Assembly: GCA_965204835.1 (NCBI GenBank)
Contig: OZ242017.1
Location: forward strand, 451,842-515,841
Length of the DNA stretch: 64,000 nt
Reading direction: 5' to 3'
Origin: Dehalococcoidia bacterium
GTDB lineage: Bacteria > Chloroflexota > Dehalococcoidia > UBA2979
The position numbers and the translations under genes are program-made. Below the pieces are notes generated by a model. It saw only the letters and a program-made list of their open reading frames with translations. It searched no databases and was not told the origin of the DNA. Position 1 is the stretch's first letter; each line of letters opens with the position of its first letter. This document shows positions 1 to 9,363 of this stretch, piece after piece.

Positions 1-1184
1 TCATCGACGCCGACGCCCGCGACCGGCTGGTGCGCGACGCGGAGCTCGCCCGCCGTGAGTGCGACGTGCTCCTCGACCGCTTCGAGGAGCCGGCCGCGGA
101 CGGCGCGTTGTTGCTCGGGCCGCTCGTCGTGGAGCTGCCCGCGGCGCGGGCGCGCGTGGCGCGGACGACGACCGAGGAGCTGTTCGGCCCGATCCTCGCG
201 CTGGTCCCGTTCGCGACTGAGGAGGAGGCGTACACGGTGGTGAACGGGACGGACTACGGCCTCACCGCCGGCATCTTCTCGCGCAGTCCCGCGACCATCG
301 AGCGCGCGGCGCGCGCGATCGAGGCCGGCAACGTCTACGCCAACCGCCCCATCACGGCGGCGCGCGTCGGCGTCGAGCCGTTCGGCGGGATGAAGATGTC
401 CGGCACCGGGCCGAAGGCGGGCGGCGACGACTACCTGTGGGCCTTCGTGCGCCGCACCGATGCTCCCTCGGACGACCCGGCCGTCCATCCGCCCGCCCCG
501 CCGGACGGCACTGCTCCGGCGGTCGACCTGCCGGCCGAGGGCTGGGACGCACCGCTCGACGAGCGCGTCGAGGTGGTCGAGCGCGCCGCCGTGCTCCTCG
601 GCGACGACGGCCGGTACGACGAAGCGGGCGCGCTGCTCGCCGCCGCGCAGGCCGCGAGGCGCGAGCTCGGCCGGCCGCAGCCGACCATCCCCGTCGCCGG
701 GCAGCGCACCGAGCTGCGCTACGACACGCCGCGCGGCGTCGGCCTCCTCCACGCGAGCGGCCCCGACGCGGCATGGTGGCTCGTCGCGCCGCTCCTCGCC
801 GGGAACAGCCTCGCGCTCTTCGACTCGCGCAGCACCTACCCCATCACAGCCGCGCTACGGCGCGCGGGCCTGCCGCCGGGGGTCGCGCAGCCCGACCCAG
901 GCGGCCTCGGCGCCATGCTCGCCGCCGCCCGCAGCCCCGAGGTCGCCTTCGCCGCGTCCGACGGCGGCCCGGCGCTCGCACGCGCGCTGCACCGCGAGCT
1001 GGGGCCGACGGTGCCCGGGCAGCGGTCCCTGAAGGCGCTGCTTTCGCGCCTCGACGGCCCGCAGGCCGGCGAGCCCGGGTTCGTGCGGCGCTTCGCGTGG
1101 CCGAAGGTCGTCGCGGTGCGGACGCTCCGTCACGGCGCGGACCTGGGACTCGATCCGGTTGAAGCGGGCGAGCGGCGTCGGTAG
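1..1184 (+). CDS. aldehyde dehydrogenase family protein, 5'-truncated at the window edge, with a ~250-aa C-terminal extension
   Basis: The frame of ORF 30..1184 is open from position 1. ALDH C-terminal motifs EELFGPIL, VNGTDYGLTAGIFS and GMKMSGTG are present. The extension resembles a degenerate ALDH NAD-binding segment. Confidence 0.75.
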   Translation, partial: IDADARDRLVRDAELARRECDVLLDRFEEPAADGALLLGPLVVELPAARARVARTTTEELFGPILALVPFATEEEAYTVVNGTDYGLTAGIFSRSPATIERAARAIEAGNVYANRPITAARVGVEPFGGMKMSGTGPKAGGDDYLWAFVRRTDAPSDDPAVHPPAPPDGTAPAVDLPAEGWDAPLDERVEVVERAAVLLGDDGRYDEAGALLAAAQAARRELGRPQPTIPVAGQRTELRYDTPRGVGLLHASGPDAAWWLVAPLLAGNSLALFDSRSTYPITAALRRAGLPPGVAQPDPGGLGAMLAAARSPEVAFAASDGGPALARALHRELGPTVPGQRSLKALLSRLDGPQAGEPGFVRRFAWPKVVAVRTLRHGADLGLDPVEAGERRR

Positions 1185-1198
1185 GCTGGAAGTCCTTC

Positions 1199-1275
1199 GG
1201 GCGGTTAGCTCAGTTGGTACGAGCGCTCGCTTCACACGCGAGAGGTCACTGGTTCAAGTCCAGTACCGCCCACCA
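1199..1275 (+). tRNA. tRNA-Val (anticodon CAC)
   Basis: Cloverleaf read by hand: acceptor GGGCGGT/ACCGCCC, anticodon loop TTCACAC, T-loop TTCAAGT, encoded CCA. It lies 15 nt after the ALDH stop. Confidence 0.85.
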
Positions 1276-1430
1276 CCCCCTTCAGCCCTCGACGCACAGC
1301 CCTCGACGCGGTGATTGCACACCTTAGTAGTTGTTATACAACACTGTGGTGCACATCACGCTAATATGTCCGCAATCGGGCTCGCCGCGCGCGCCCGTCG
1401 TTCGTATTCGCTGCGCGAAGGAGGATCCGG

Positions 1431-2165
1431 ATGGCGATGGCTCCAACCAGGCATGCAGGACTCGCGCTCGTCGTGGGTGTCATCCTCGCGATGGTCGGCT
1501 CGATGATCTTCCCCGGGGGGCCGATCGTCGACAGCGTCGACCAGACGGACTTCGAGGCCGCGATCGGAGCGCTGGCCGGGAACCCCGGGCTCGGCCACGT
1601 CACCACGCTCATGGTGATCGTCGGCATGCTCCTCCACGGCTACGGCCTGCTCGCGCTCTTCGGGCTCGCCCGGGGCGGCGATGGGTTCAGCGGTCCCGGG
1701 CTCCGGTTCGGGATCATCCTCAGCCTCTTCGGCTGGGGCCTCTTCGTCCTCGCGATGGCCAAGCGGCTCATGGTGATCCACCTCACGCAGCGCGCCGACA
1801 TCGAGGAGACCGCTGCGTTGCAGGAGTTCTTCGACGCCGCTGCGCTCACCGGCCACATCGAGATGGCGGGTCTCGTCCTCGGGTTCATCGCGATCTACCC
1901 GTTCGGGTCCGCCCTGACCGGGCTCGGTCTCGTCTCACGATTCGAGGGCACGGACCTCCTGAAACTGGCCTGCTACGGCCTCGTCGTGGTCGGCGTCGTG
2001 GGGTTCGTGAACTTCGTCGTGGCGCTGTTCACCCCCACGTCGACCGTCGAGACGCTCCTCATCGTCAACAACATGGCGCTGGCCTTCGGTTCCATCTGCC
2101 TCCTCGTCCTGGGGATCGGCATGTACCAGGGCCGCAGCGAGCTCACGGCGGACGACGGCGCGTAG
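1431..2165 (+). CDS. hypothetical integral membrane protein
   Basis: ORF with several hydrophobic helices. SD-like GAAGGAGGA precedes the ATG. No recognisable catalytic motif. Confidence 0.5.
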   Translation: MAMAPTRHAGLALVVGVILAMVGSMIFPGGPIVDSVDQTDFEAAIGALAGNPGLGHVTTLMVIVGMLLHGYGLLALFGLARGGDGFSGPGLRFGIILSLFGWGLFVLAMAKRLMVIHLTQRADIEETAALQEFFDAAALTGHIEMAGLVLGFIAIYPFGSALTGLGLVSRFEGTDLLKLACYGLVVVGVVGFVNFVVALFTPTSTVETLLIVNNMALAFGSICLLVLGIGMYQGRSELTADDGA

Positions 2166-2280
2166 CGACGCTCCGCGCCGGGCGGCCCACCCGGCAGCCG
2201 CACCCTCCCCCCCGGGTCGACCGCACTGCGGTCGACTCGGGGCGTGGCGTCGCCTTCGTGTCGAGGTCCCCGCGGGGAGG

Positions 2281-4752
2281 TCAGGCCGGTTCGTCGCCGT
2301 GGCGCCGGTGGATGCCCTCGATCGCCTCGTCGAGCTCGTCCCAGGTGCGCTGCACCATCGAGCGCAGCCGCATGTTGCGGTAAGCGCCCCAGACCGTCAT
2401 CGCGGGCGGCACGAGCAGCACCGAGACGATCAGCGAGTACGCGATCGTGATCGCCGCCGTGATCCCGAACTGCTGCGTGGCGGCGAGTGGTGACGCCGCC
2501 AGCACACCGATGCCGAGCGCGGTCGTCATCGCGGAGCCGAGCAGCGCCGAACCGGTGGCGGCGAGCGTCCGGACGGCTGCCTGCTCGGGGTCGCGGACGC
2601 GCGTGAACTCCTCGCGGTAGCGATGGATCATGTGGATCGTGTAGTCGACCCCGATGCCGATCGAGAGCGCCGTGATGATCGACGTCACGATCGTGTAGGG
2701 GATGCCCAGCAGCGCCATCGTGCCCAGCACGGAGACGAGGACGAGCGCGGTCGGCGCCACGGCGATGAAGGCCAGCGCGGGCTGGCGCACGGTCAGCCAG
2801 AAGAAGACCGCGAGCACCCCCAGGGCCACGGCGATCGTCGTGCTGATCGAGTCCGTCTGGCGGTCCCGGATCGCATCCGTCACCGCGAACGAGATGATGG
2901 TCTCCGAGGTGGCCGTGAGGGCTGAGTCGTCGCCCTGCCACAGGCCCTCGATGTCGTCCTGCAGGCTCCTCGACGCCCCCGGGTCGCCCGTGAAGGCGGG
3001 GAACTGGATCAGGATCGCGTCGACGCCGTCCGGGTTGTTGACGAGGCTGCGAGCGAGCGCGGGGTCCTTCGCCCCAAGCCGGTCGAGGAACGCCTGCATG
3101 CGCCCGGGGTCGAGTTCGAGGCCCGTCGACGCCTCCCGGAGCAGCGCCGCGAGTTCCGGGTCGTACCTGTCGCCGGGCTCCCCGCTGTCGTGCGTCCAGT
3201 CGCGGATCAGCAGCTCGTACGAGGTCTGGATCGGGCCTGCCGCCGCGGGCGGGCGGTTCTCTCCGTCCTCGAAGGCCCTGCGGAGGTCTCGCAGGTTGAG
3301 CAGCGTGCGCGTCTCCGTGGCTTCCGCCCGCAGCAGCACGCTCGCCAGCTCCGTCGAGCCGCCGACGGCCGCGTCGAGGGTGTCGAGGTCCGTGAGCACG
3401 CTCCCGCCGCGGGGCAGGAGGTCGCGGATGCTGTACTCCGACTCCAGGTTCGTCGCCGCGAATCCCAGCCCCACCGTCACCGCGACCACCACGACGATGT
3501 AGGGCGCGGGCCTCTGGGTGAGTCGCCTCCCCAGCAGGTTCGCCAGCCGCTCGACGCCGGGCAGCGCGTTCGTGATCAGGCGCGGCGGCGGCAACGTGCC
3601 GCGCGCCTCGCGCCGCCGGTCGATGATGGTCCGGCCGGCGGGGATCAACGTGAGCATCACGATCAGGCTCAGGCCCACGCCCAGTCCCGCGATGACGCCG
3701 AAGTCGCCGACGATCTCGAGCGGTGAGAACAGGCTGACCAGCAGGCTCACGATCGTCGTCACAGCCGCCAGCACGAGCGGGACGGTGACGTTCCGCAGCC
3801 CGGTCCGCACCGCGCCCAGCACGGGCTGACCCTCGGCCCGCTGCTCGCGGTAGTGGGCGACCGTCTGGATCGCGTAGTCCACGGTGAGGCCGATCATGAT
3901 GATCGGCACCATCGCGGTGAGCGCGTTCGGCGGACCGGTCAGGCCCAGCCCGTTCGGCCCCACCCAGCCCTCCGCGCCGATGATCCAGATCAGCGCGACC
4001 ACCAGCCCCGCGAACGCGAGCAGCAGGTCGGAGAAGGAGCGCGTGAAGAGCAGGAGCAGCGCCAGGATCAGCAGCAGCGCCAGCCCGATCAGCGGCGCCA
4101 TGGCCGTCTCCGTGGCCCGGTGGAACTCGTCCTCGATCACCGCGAACGAGACGCTGCTCACGCGCAGCGGACCCTCGTTCCCGGCGGCCATCTCGTCGAT
4201 CGCCCGCTCCGCGTCCGCGACGCGCTCGTCGGACGTGTCGATCAGCCGGATGCCGGCGGTCGCGATGGGCGTGCCGTCGGCGTCGGTCCCGGTCATCGCC
4301 GCGAGCAACTCGCCGATCCCCGGTGCGCCACGGGCCGCGTCGATCTGCGCCTGCGTGACGGACTCGAAGCCGTCCACCTGCAACACGGCCTGGAGGAGCG
4401 ATGCGGGCGAGATGACGGGGTTGTCGGGCACGAGGAGCGCGCCGACTTGCGGGGCGCGCACGACCTCGTCGAGCAGCGAGGCCACCTGGGCGAGCCCGTC
4501 CGGCGTCAGCGCATCGCCCCGGAACAGGAGCGTGACCACCCGCACGTCGCCCGACTCCCCGAACAGCGCATCGATCTCCACGAGCGCCCGGGCGACCGCG
4601 CTGTCGCGGGGAAGTGTCGCCTCGGTGTCCGGCGGGGGCGCACGCCGCGAGCCGCCTGCCGCGAGCAGGACGGTGACGACGAGCAGCACGGCGAGCGTCA
4701 CCCACGGCCGGGCCGTGACCAGGCGGCTCCACCGGCCCAGCGCGTCGTTCAT
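2281..4752 (-). CDS. MMPL family (RND superfamily) membrane transporter
   Basis: 823 aa with two 6-helix bundles and large extracytoplasmic loops typical of MMPL. AGGGG sits 5 nt before the ATG. Confidence 0.85.
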   Translation of the reverse strand: MNDALGRWSRLVTARPWVTLAVLLVVTVLLAAGGSRRAPPPDTEATLPRDSAVARALVEIDALFGESGDVRVVTLLFRGDALTPDGLAQVASLLDEVVRAPQVGALLVPDNPVISPASLLQAVLQVDGFESVTQAQIDAARGAPGIGELLAAMTGTDADGTPIATAGIRLIDTSDERVADAERAIDEMAAGNEGPLRVSSVSFAVIEDEFHRATETAMAPLIGLALLLILALLLLFTRSFSDLLLAFAGLVVALIWIIGAEGWVGPNGLGLTGPPNALTAMVPIIMIGLTVDYAIQTVAHYREQRAEGQPVLGAVRTGLRNVTVPLVLAAVTTIVSLLVSLFSPLEIVGDFGVIAGLGVGLSLIVMLTLIPAGRTIIDRRREARGTLPPPRLITNALPGVERLANLLGRRLTQRPAPYIVVVVAVTVGLGFAATNLESEYSIRDLLPRGGSVLTDLDTLDAAVGGSTELASVLLRAEATETRTLLNLRDLRRAFEDGENRPPAAAGPIQTSYELLIRDWTHDSGEPGDRYDPELAALLREASTGLELDPGRMQAFLDRLGAKDPALARSLVNNPDGVDAILIQFPAFTGDPGASRSLQDDIEGLWQGDDSALTATSETIISFAVTDAIRDRQTDSISTTIAVALGVLAVFFWLTVRQPALAFIAVAPTALVLVSVLGTMALLGIPYTIVTSIITALSIGIGVDYTIHMIHRYREEFTRVRDPEQAAVRTLAATGSALLGSAMTTALGIGVLAASPLAATQQFGITAAITIAYSLIVSVLLVPPAMTVWGAYRNMRLRSMVQRTWDELDEAIEGIHRRHGDEPA

Positions 4753-4796
4753 GGCGGCCCCTGTATATGCGCAATGACACGGTTACGAGTAGCAAT

Positions 4797-4813
4797 GGAC
4801 TGTGTATCACAGT
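4797..4813. promoter_or_regulatory. 17-bp palindrome GACTGTG-TAT-CACAGTC about 45 nt upstream of the MMPL start, a candidate operator
   Basis: Perfect 7-bp inverted arms seen in the sequence, in an intergenic and relatively AT-rich stretch. Confidence 0.3.
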
Positions 4814-4898
4814 CGGGGCTCAGCGTGGTGCGCGTTGACGTACCCCGTCGTCGCGGCGCCGGTGCGGTTCACCGTGCGTGGTAGCCCGGGATGGGACG

Positions 4899-6029
4899 CT
4901 ACTGCGAGAGCGCGTGCGAGCGCTGGATCTCCTCGTCGGTCATGCACTGCCACCGCTCGAGACCGTCCCTCGCGACCTCCGCCAGCTCGTCCCGATCCGC
5001 GGGAAGTTCGTACGAGTGGGGGTCCAGCAGCAGGGTGTAGTGCGGGTGTTCGCGTGCGAACTCCTCGATGCACGCCCGGGTGTCGGGAGTCATCGGGCCG
5101 ATCGTCGCCTCACTGATGCTCACGTAGGCCCGGACATAGGCCTCGTCCGACATGCAGCCCGACACCGCGTCCGAGACGTCGAACGCCTCGCGGACCGTGC
5201 CGGCGAGGAGTGACGCGTACTCTCCACCCGTCAGCGCCTCGCGGATGCACGCGACGTCGGCGTCGGGAATCGCGCCGACCAGGTCGCGCTCGGCGCTGGT
5301 GTGGGTGTCGACCACGTCCTGGGCGTTCAACAGGTGCGCAATCTGCTCGTCGGCGGTCTGGCAGCTGTAGAGCTCGACGATGTAGGGGTGCGCCGCGGAG
5401 CCAGCGGTCGCCGCCGAGCTGGGCGGCAGACCCAGCGCCAGCAGGACCGCGTCGGGGTACTCCAGGCCGACCTGGACCATGCACTCGCGCGTGTCGCGGC
5501 CCCACCCCCCGGCGGCCGCGTCGAGGTAGGCGACGCCGAAGCGCACGATGCTCCCGATCTCGAGGCACCCGAACAGCGGAGCCGCCTGCGCGGGGTCGCT
5601 GCCGGCCGCGAGTATCGGTATGCCCTGCATCGCCGCGTAGACGAAGTCCCCGAACGCCTCCTTGATGCACGCGCGCTCCCCCTCGGAGAGCCGGTCCAGC
5701 AGGTCCTTCCCGGTCGTCTGTGGGGTGAGCACGAAGTCCGCGAGGGTCGGCGCCGAGGCCGGCTCGGGCGTCGGCGTGGTGGTCACGGCAGCCGTGGCGG
5801 TAGCCGTCGCCGTGGGGGTCGTCGTTGCGGTCGGCGTGGGTGTGGGCGTCGGGGTTGGTGTCGAGGGGGCCGGCGTGGCGGCCGTGGGCGCCTGCGTGGC
5901 GGTCGGCGTCGGCTCTGGCTCGTCGTCGTCCGATGTGCATGCCAGGGCGAGCGCGCCGAAGGCGAGCGCAGCGACGACCACGCTCAACCGGCTCACCCGC
6001 ACCCCGAACGTGATCACCGCTGCCAGCAT
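4899..6029 (-). CDS. hypothetical secreted lipoprotein with Thr/Pro-rich linker
   Basis: Signal peptide plus lipobox LALAC followed by TSDDDEPEP and a TP/TA-rich low-complexity segment. The start is taken at the internal Met (ORF 4899..6137). Confidence 0.55.
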   Translation of the reverse strand: MLAAVITFGVRVSRLSVVVAALAFGALALACTSDDDEPEPTPTATQAPTAATPAPSTPTPTPTPTPTATTTPTATATATAAVTTTPTPEPASAPTLADFVLTPQTTGKDLLDRLSEGERACIKEAFGDFVYAAMQGIPILAAGSDPAQAAPLFGCLEIGSIVRFGVAYLDAAAGGWGRDTRECMVQVGLEYPDAVLLALGLPPSSAATAGSAAHPYIVELYSCQTADEQIAHLLNAQDVVDTHTSAERDLVGAIPDADVACIREALTGGEYASLLAGTVREAFDVSDAVSGCMSDEAYVRAYVSISEATIGPMTPDTRACIEEFAREHPHYTLLLDPHSYELPADRDELAEVARDGLERWQCMTDEEIQRSHALSQ

Positions 6030-6144
6030 GTCACGCCCCTCGAAGCAGGTACCGGGTGGTGGATTGGGTCTCAGGGTCGTGCAGTATACTAGCGGGACGT
6101 GGAACGCAGCCGCTTTCCGGCGGCAGGGCAGGGCCACGTACCGT

Positions 6145-6231
6145 GCCGAAGTGGCGGAACGGCAGACGCGCTGCGTTCAGGGCGCAGTGGGGTTTAACCC
6201 CGTGTGAGTTCAAATCTCACCTTCGGCACCA
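6145..6231 (+). tRNA. tRNA-Leu (anticodon CAG), long variable arm
   Basis: Acceptor GCCGAAG/CTTCGGC, anticodon loop TTCAGGG, 87 nt with encoded CCA. Confidence 0.85.
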
Positions 6232-6246
6232 GCCAGTTCCACTCGC

Positions 6247-6322
6247 GCGCCTGTAGCTCAGGGGATAGAGCGCAGCCCTGCGGAGGCTGAGGTCAGAGGT
6301 TCAAATCCTCTCAGGCGCGCCA
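6247..6322 (+). tRNA. tRNA-Arg with apparent anticodon GCG
   Basis: Acceptor GCGCCTG/CAGGCGC, anticodon stem CAGCC/GGCTG, loop CTGCGGA (U33, G37), T-loop TTCAAAT, CCA. It lies 15 nt after tRNA-Leu. Confidence 0.6.
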
Positions 6323-6856
6323 TACCGCACCCCACTCCATCCGTCGCGACCACCCCGGGCGAATGACGCGCATCGCGTGCCTGCCTATCGGCGCGCCCTC
6401 GGCGCTTGCAAAGCCTGATCGGAAGGAGCATGATCAGGATGCAGACACGGGGAATGGAGGCTGATCGTGCAGTCGATCAGGATGTTCCTCGGGAGCGCGC
6501 AGCGCGCCTGAACCGGGAGGAGCGGACCCTTGGACAGAGCAGGCCAGGGCTAGCCGGGCGTCACCCTCCAGCGGTGACAGGCGGCGAAGGCCGCCAACCA
6601 CCGCAGCCAGCCGGAGTTGACGCGGAGACGGCGTCCGGCGAATCCAGGCAAACAACCCGTATCGGGCCCCGTGACACGGGGCCCGATGTGCGTCCGCCGG
6701 CAGTCGCCTCCGCGCCCGGCCCGCCCCGACCGATCGTTTCCACGGCCGGTGCATCCCTCGCCGCGGCCCATCGCGCCAGCTTCCCATTGGGCATACAATG
6801 CCGGTCTACTCGACCCGTCGGACCGTGGGGGCTGCGGCCGCCGAGGAGTGCGCCTC

Positions 6857-7807
6857 TTGACCGAGTACATCATCCGCAGGCTGCTGTCGGCGATCCCTTC
6901 CCTGGTGCTCGTCTCCGTCATCATCTTCTCGCTGGTCCGGCTCGTCCCCGGCGACGTGGTGATGGCGCGGCTCGCCGAGGGCGGGTACGCGGACGAGGAG
7001 CAGCTCGCCGCCATGCGCGCGGACCTGGGCATCGACCGCCCGTTCGTCACGCAGTACATCGACTGGGCCAGCAGCGCCATCCGCGGTGACTTCGGTGAGT
7101 CGTTGTGGGACAGCAAGCCGGTGCTGCCGACCATCGCGCAGCGGATGCGGGTCTCGATCCAGATCGCCATCATGGCCATCGTGATTTCGATTGGTATCGC
7201 CATCCCAATGGGGGTGATATCAGCGGTCAAACAGGACACCGTCCCCGACTATGCGGCGAGGCTCTTCGCGATCATCGGGCTCTCTATGCCCGACTTCTGG
7301 CTCGCGACCATGCTGCTACTGGCGCTCACGTTATGGATCGGCTGGTTACCCGAGTTCGGCTACTTCCCGCTCTGGGAGGATCCGAGCCGCAACCTGCAGG
7401 CGCTGATCTTCCCGGCCCTCATCGTCGGCTACCGCCTCTCGGCCACGGCCTCGCGCATGACGCGCTCCTCCATGCTGGAGGTGCTGCGCGAGGACTACGT
7501 GCGCACGGCGCGTTCCAAGGGGCTCCAGGAGCGCTCGATCATCGTCCGGCACGCGCTCAAGAACGCGCTCATCCCCGTCATCACCATCTTCGGTGGCCTC
7601 CTGAGCTTCATGCTCGGTGGCCTGGTGGTGATCGAGACCATCTTCGCGCTGCCCGGGATGGGGCGGCTCGCGCTCAACGCGGTGCTGCTGCGCGACTACC
7701 CGGTCCTACAGGGCACGGTCATGGTCATGGCGATCATCTTCGTGACCGCCAACCTGATCGTCGACCTCTCGTACGCGGTCATCGACCCACGGATCCGCTA
7801 CCAGTAG
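6857..7807 (+). CDS. ABC transporter permease, DppB/OppB family
   Basis: N-terminus xTEYIIRRLL from a TTG start with GGAG 10 nt upstream. Six TM helices and the EAA-loop region. ORF 6617..7807 is trimmed at the 5' end. Confidence 0.8.
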   Translation: MTEYIIRRLLSAIPSLVLVSVIIFSLVRLVPGDVVMARLAEGGYADEEQLAAMRADLGIDRPFVTQYIDWASSAIRGDFGESLWDSKPVLPTIAQRMRVSIQIAIMAIVISIGIAIPMGVISAVKQDTVPDYAARLFAIIGLSMPDFWLATMLLLALTLWIGWLPEFGYFPLWEDPSRNLQALIFPALIVGYRLSATASRMTRSSMLEVLREDYVRTARSKGLQERSIIVRHALKNALIPVITIFGGLLSFMLGGLVVIETIFALPGMGRLALNAVLLRDYPVLQGTVMVMAIIFVTANLIVDLSYAVIDPRIRYQ

Positions 7808-7835
7808 CGCGCCTGGGACAGACGGAGCGTAGTCC

Positions 7836-8732
7836 ATGAGCTCACTCGCAGATTCCGTGATCGTCACCAGTTCGAACGTGCGCGGCCAGCGGCACTGGCT
7901 GCTGGACGCCTCGATCCGCGTGCTCAAGAAGCCCGTCGGGCTGGCTTCCGCCCTCGTCATCGGCGTGCTCGTGGCCGCCGCCCTGCTGGCGCCGTACGTG
8001 GCGCCGTTCGACCCGATCGCCATCTCCATCGAGACGTTCCAGGCGCCGAACACCACCTACTTCTTCGGCACGGACGACCTCGGACGCGACATGTTCAGCA
8101 GGATCCTGCACGGCTCCCGCATCTCGCTCTACGTCGGCTTCCTCGCCGTGTGCCTGGGCTCGCTGGGTGGGGCGCTGGTCGGCCTCGTGAGCGGGTTCGC
8201 CGGCGGCTGGATCGACATGGTCATCCAGCGCGTCGTCGACGCCGTGCTGGCCTTCCCCGGCATCGTGCTCGCCATGTCCCTCGTGGCGGTGCTGGGCACG
8301 AGCACCACGAACGCGCTGCTCGCGATCGCGATCGTGATCATCCCGTTCCAGTCGCGCGTCGTGCGCGGCGCCGTGCTGTCGGTCAAGCAGAACGTCTACA
8401 TCGAGGCCGCCCAGACCATCGGGGCGACGCCCCAGCGCATCATGTTCCGGCACGTGCTGCCGAACGTGGTCGCGCCCATCCTGATCCTGATCAGCGCGTC
8501 GCTCGGGAACGCGATCCTGATCGAGGCGGGCCTGAGCTTCCTCGGACTCTCGACGCAGCCGCCGGAGCCGTCGTGGGGCCTGATGCTGTCCGGCACGGGC
8601 CGTCGCTACATGGAGGAGGCGCCGTGGCTGGCGATCTTCCCCGGCCTGGCGATCGCGATCACGGTGCTGGCGTTCAACCTGCTGGGCGACGTGATCCGCG
8701 ACGTGCTGGACCCGCGGCTGCGAGGCACCTAG
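7836..8732 (+). CDS. ABC transporter permease, DppC/OppC family
   Basis: 298-aa permease immediately downstream of the DppB-like gene. Confidence 0.85.
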   Translation: MSSLADSVIVTSSNVRGQRHWLLDASIRVLKKPVGLASALVIGVLVAAALLAPYVAPFDPIAISIETFQAPNTTYFFGTDDLGRDMFSRILHGSRISLYVGFLAVCLGSLGGALVGLVSGFAGGWIDMVIQRVVDAVLAFPGIVLAMSLVAVLGTSTTNALLAIAIVIIPFQSRVVRGAVLSVKQNVYIEAAQTIGATPQRIMFRHVLPNVVAPILILISASLGNAILIEAGLSFLGLSTQPPEPSWGLMLSGTGRRYMEEAPWLAIFPGLAIAITVLAFNLLGDVIRDVLDPRLRGT

Positions 8733-8975
8733 CTAGAGCCGGTCCTCCAACCTGGGGAACGCGCGGATCGCTGCGCTGATCGCATCGGCCTCCGGCAGGC
8801 CGTCGAGGTCGAGGCCCGTGCTGACCGCCAGCAGTTCCACGCCCACCGGCTCGCCTGCCTCGTCGTAGTCGACGACGCGACGCCAGTCCCCGGCGTTGCG
8901 CGACCGCAACTGCCCGTCGGGCTCCCGGAGCGAGACGTAGATGGCGTCGGCCTCGGGGTCGTAGCGGACTTGCAT
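8733..8975 (-). CDS. DUF2283 family small protein
   Basis: 80 aa beginning MQVRYDPEADAIYVSLREPDG. A paralog lies at 54427..54672. It sits 23 nt downstream of the HigA-like gene on the same strand. Confidence 0.6.
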   Translation of the reverse strand: MQVRYDPEADAIYVSLREPDGQLRSRNAGDWRRVVDYDEAGEPVGVELLAVSTGLDLDGLPEADAISAAIRAFPRLEDRL

Positions 8976-8998
8976 GGTGCGTCGCGGCTTGCCGCTGG

Positions 8999-9280
8999 CT
9001 ACGCGGGCGCGAAGCGCTCGACGGTGAGCGTGGCTGCGCGGTCGCGTGCCTGCCAGAGGTCGTACGCCATCTGCATCCCGAGCCACGTCTCCGGCGACGA
9101 CCCGAACCCCTTCGAGAGCCGAATGGCCATCTCGACCGAGATGCCGGCGTGCCCGTTGACCACGTCGGAGAGCGCCTGGCGCGTCACGCCCAGCCCCTCG
9201 GCGGCCCGTGTCACGGTCAGTTCGAGGGGCTCGAGACACTCGGCGCGGACGATCTCGCCCGGGTGTGGTGGATCCTGCAT
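8999..9280 (-). CDS. HigA-like antitoxin (XRE-type HTH, VapI/HigA family)
   Basis: 93 aa beginning MQDPPHPGEIVRAECLEPLELTV...LSKGFGSSPETWLGMQ. GGGAGG precedes the ATG. The rest of ORF 8999..9946 is a GC-rich shadow reading frame. Confidence 0.65.
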   Translation of the reverse strand: MQDPPHPGEIVRAECLEPLELTVTRAAEGLGVTRQALSDVVNGHAGISVEMAIRLSKGFGSSPETWLGMQMAYDLWQARDRAATLTVERFAPA

Positions 9281-9363
9281 CGCCACGATGGCGCCTCCCA
9301 GACCAGTCTCAGCAGCCGCGAGGCGAGTGTCCAACGACGATCGGAACGGCGTCGCCCGGCCGC

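Noticed and set aside
6406-7089. 227-aa ORF in the dppB leader
   Set aside because: Pro/Arg/Gly-rich wrong-frame translation overlapping the real permease start. No SD.
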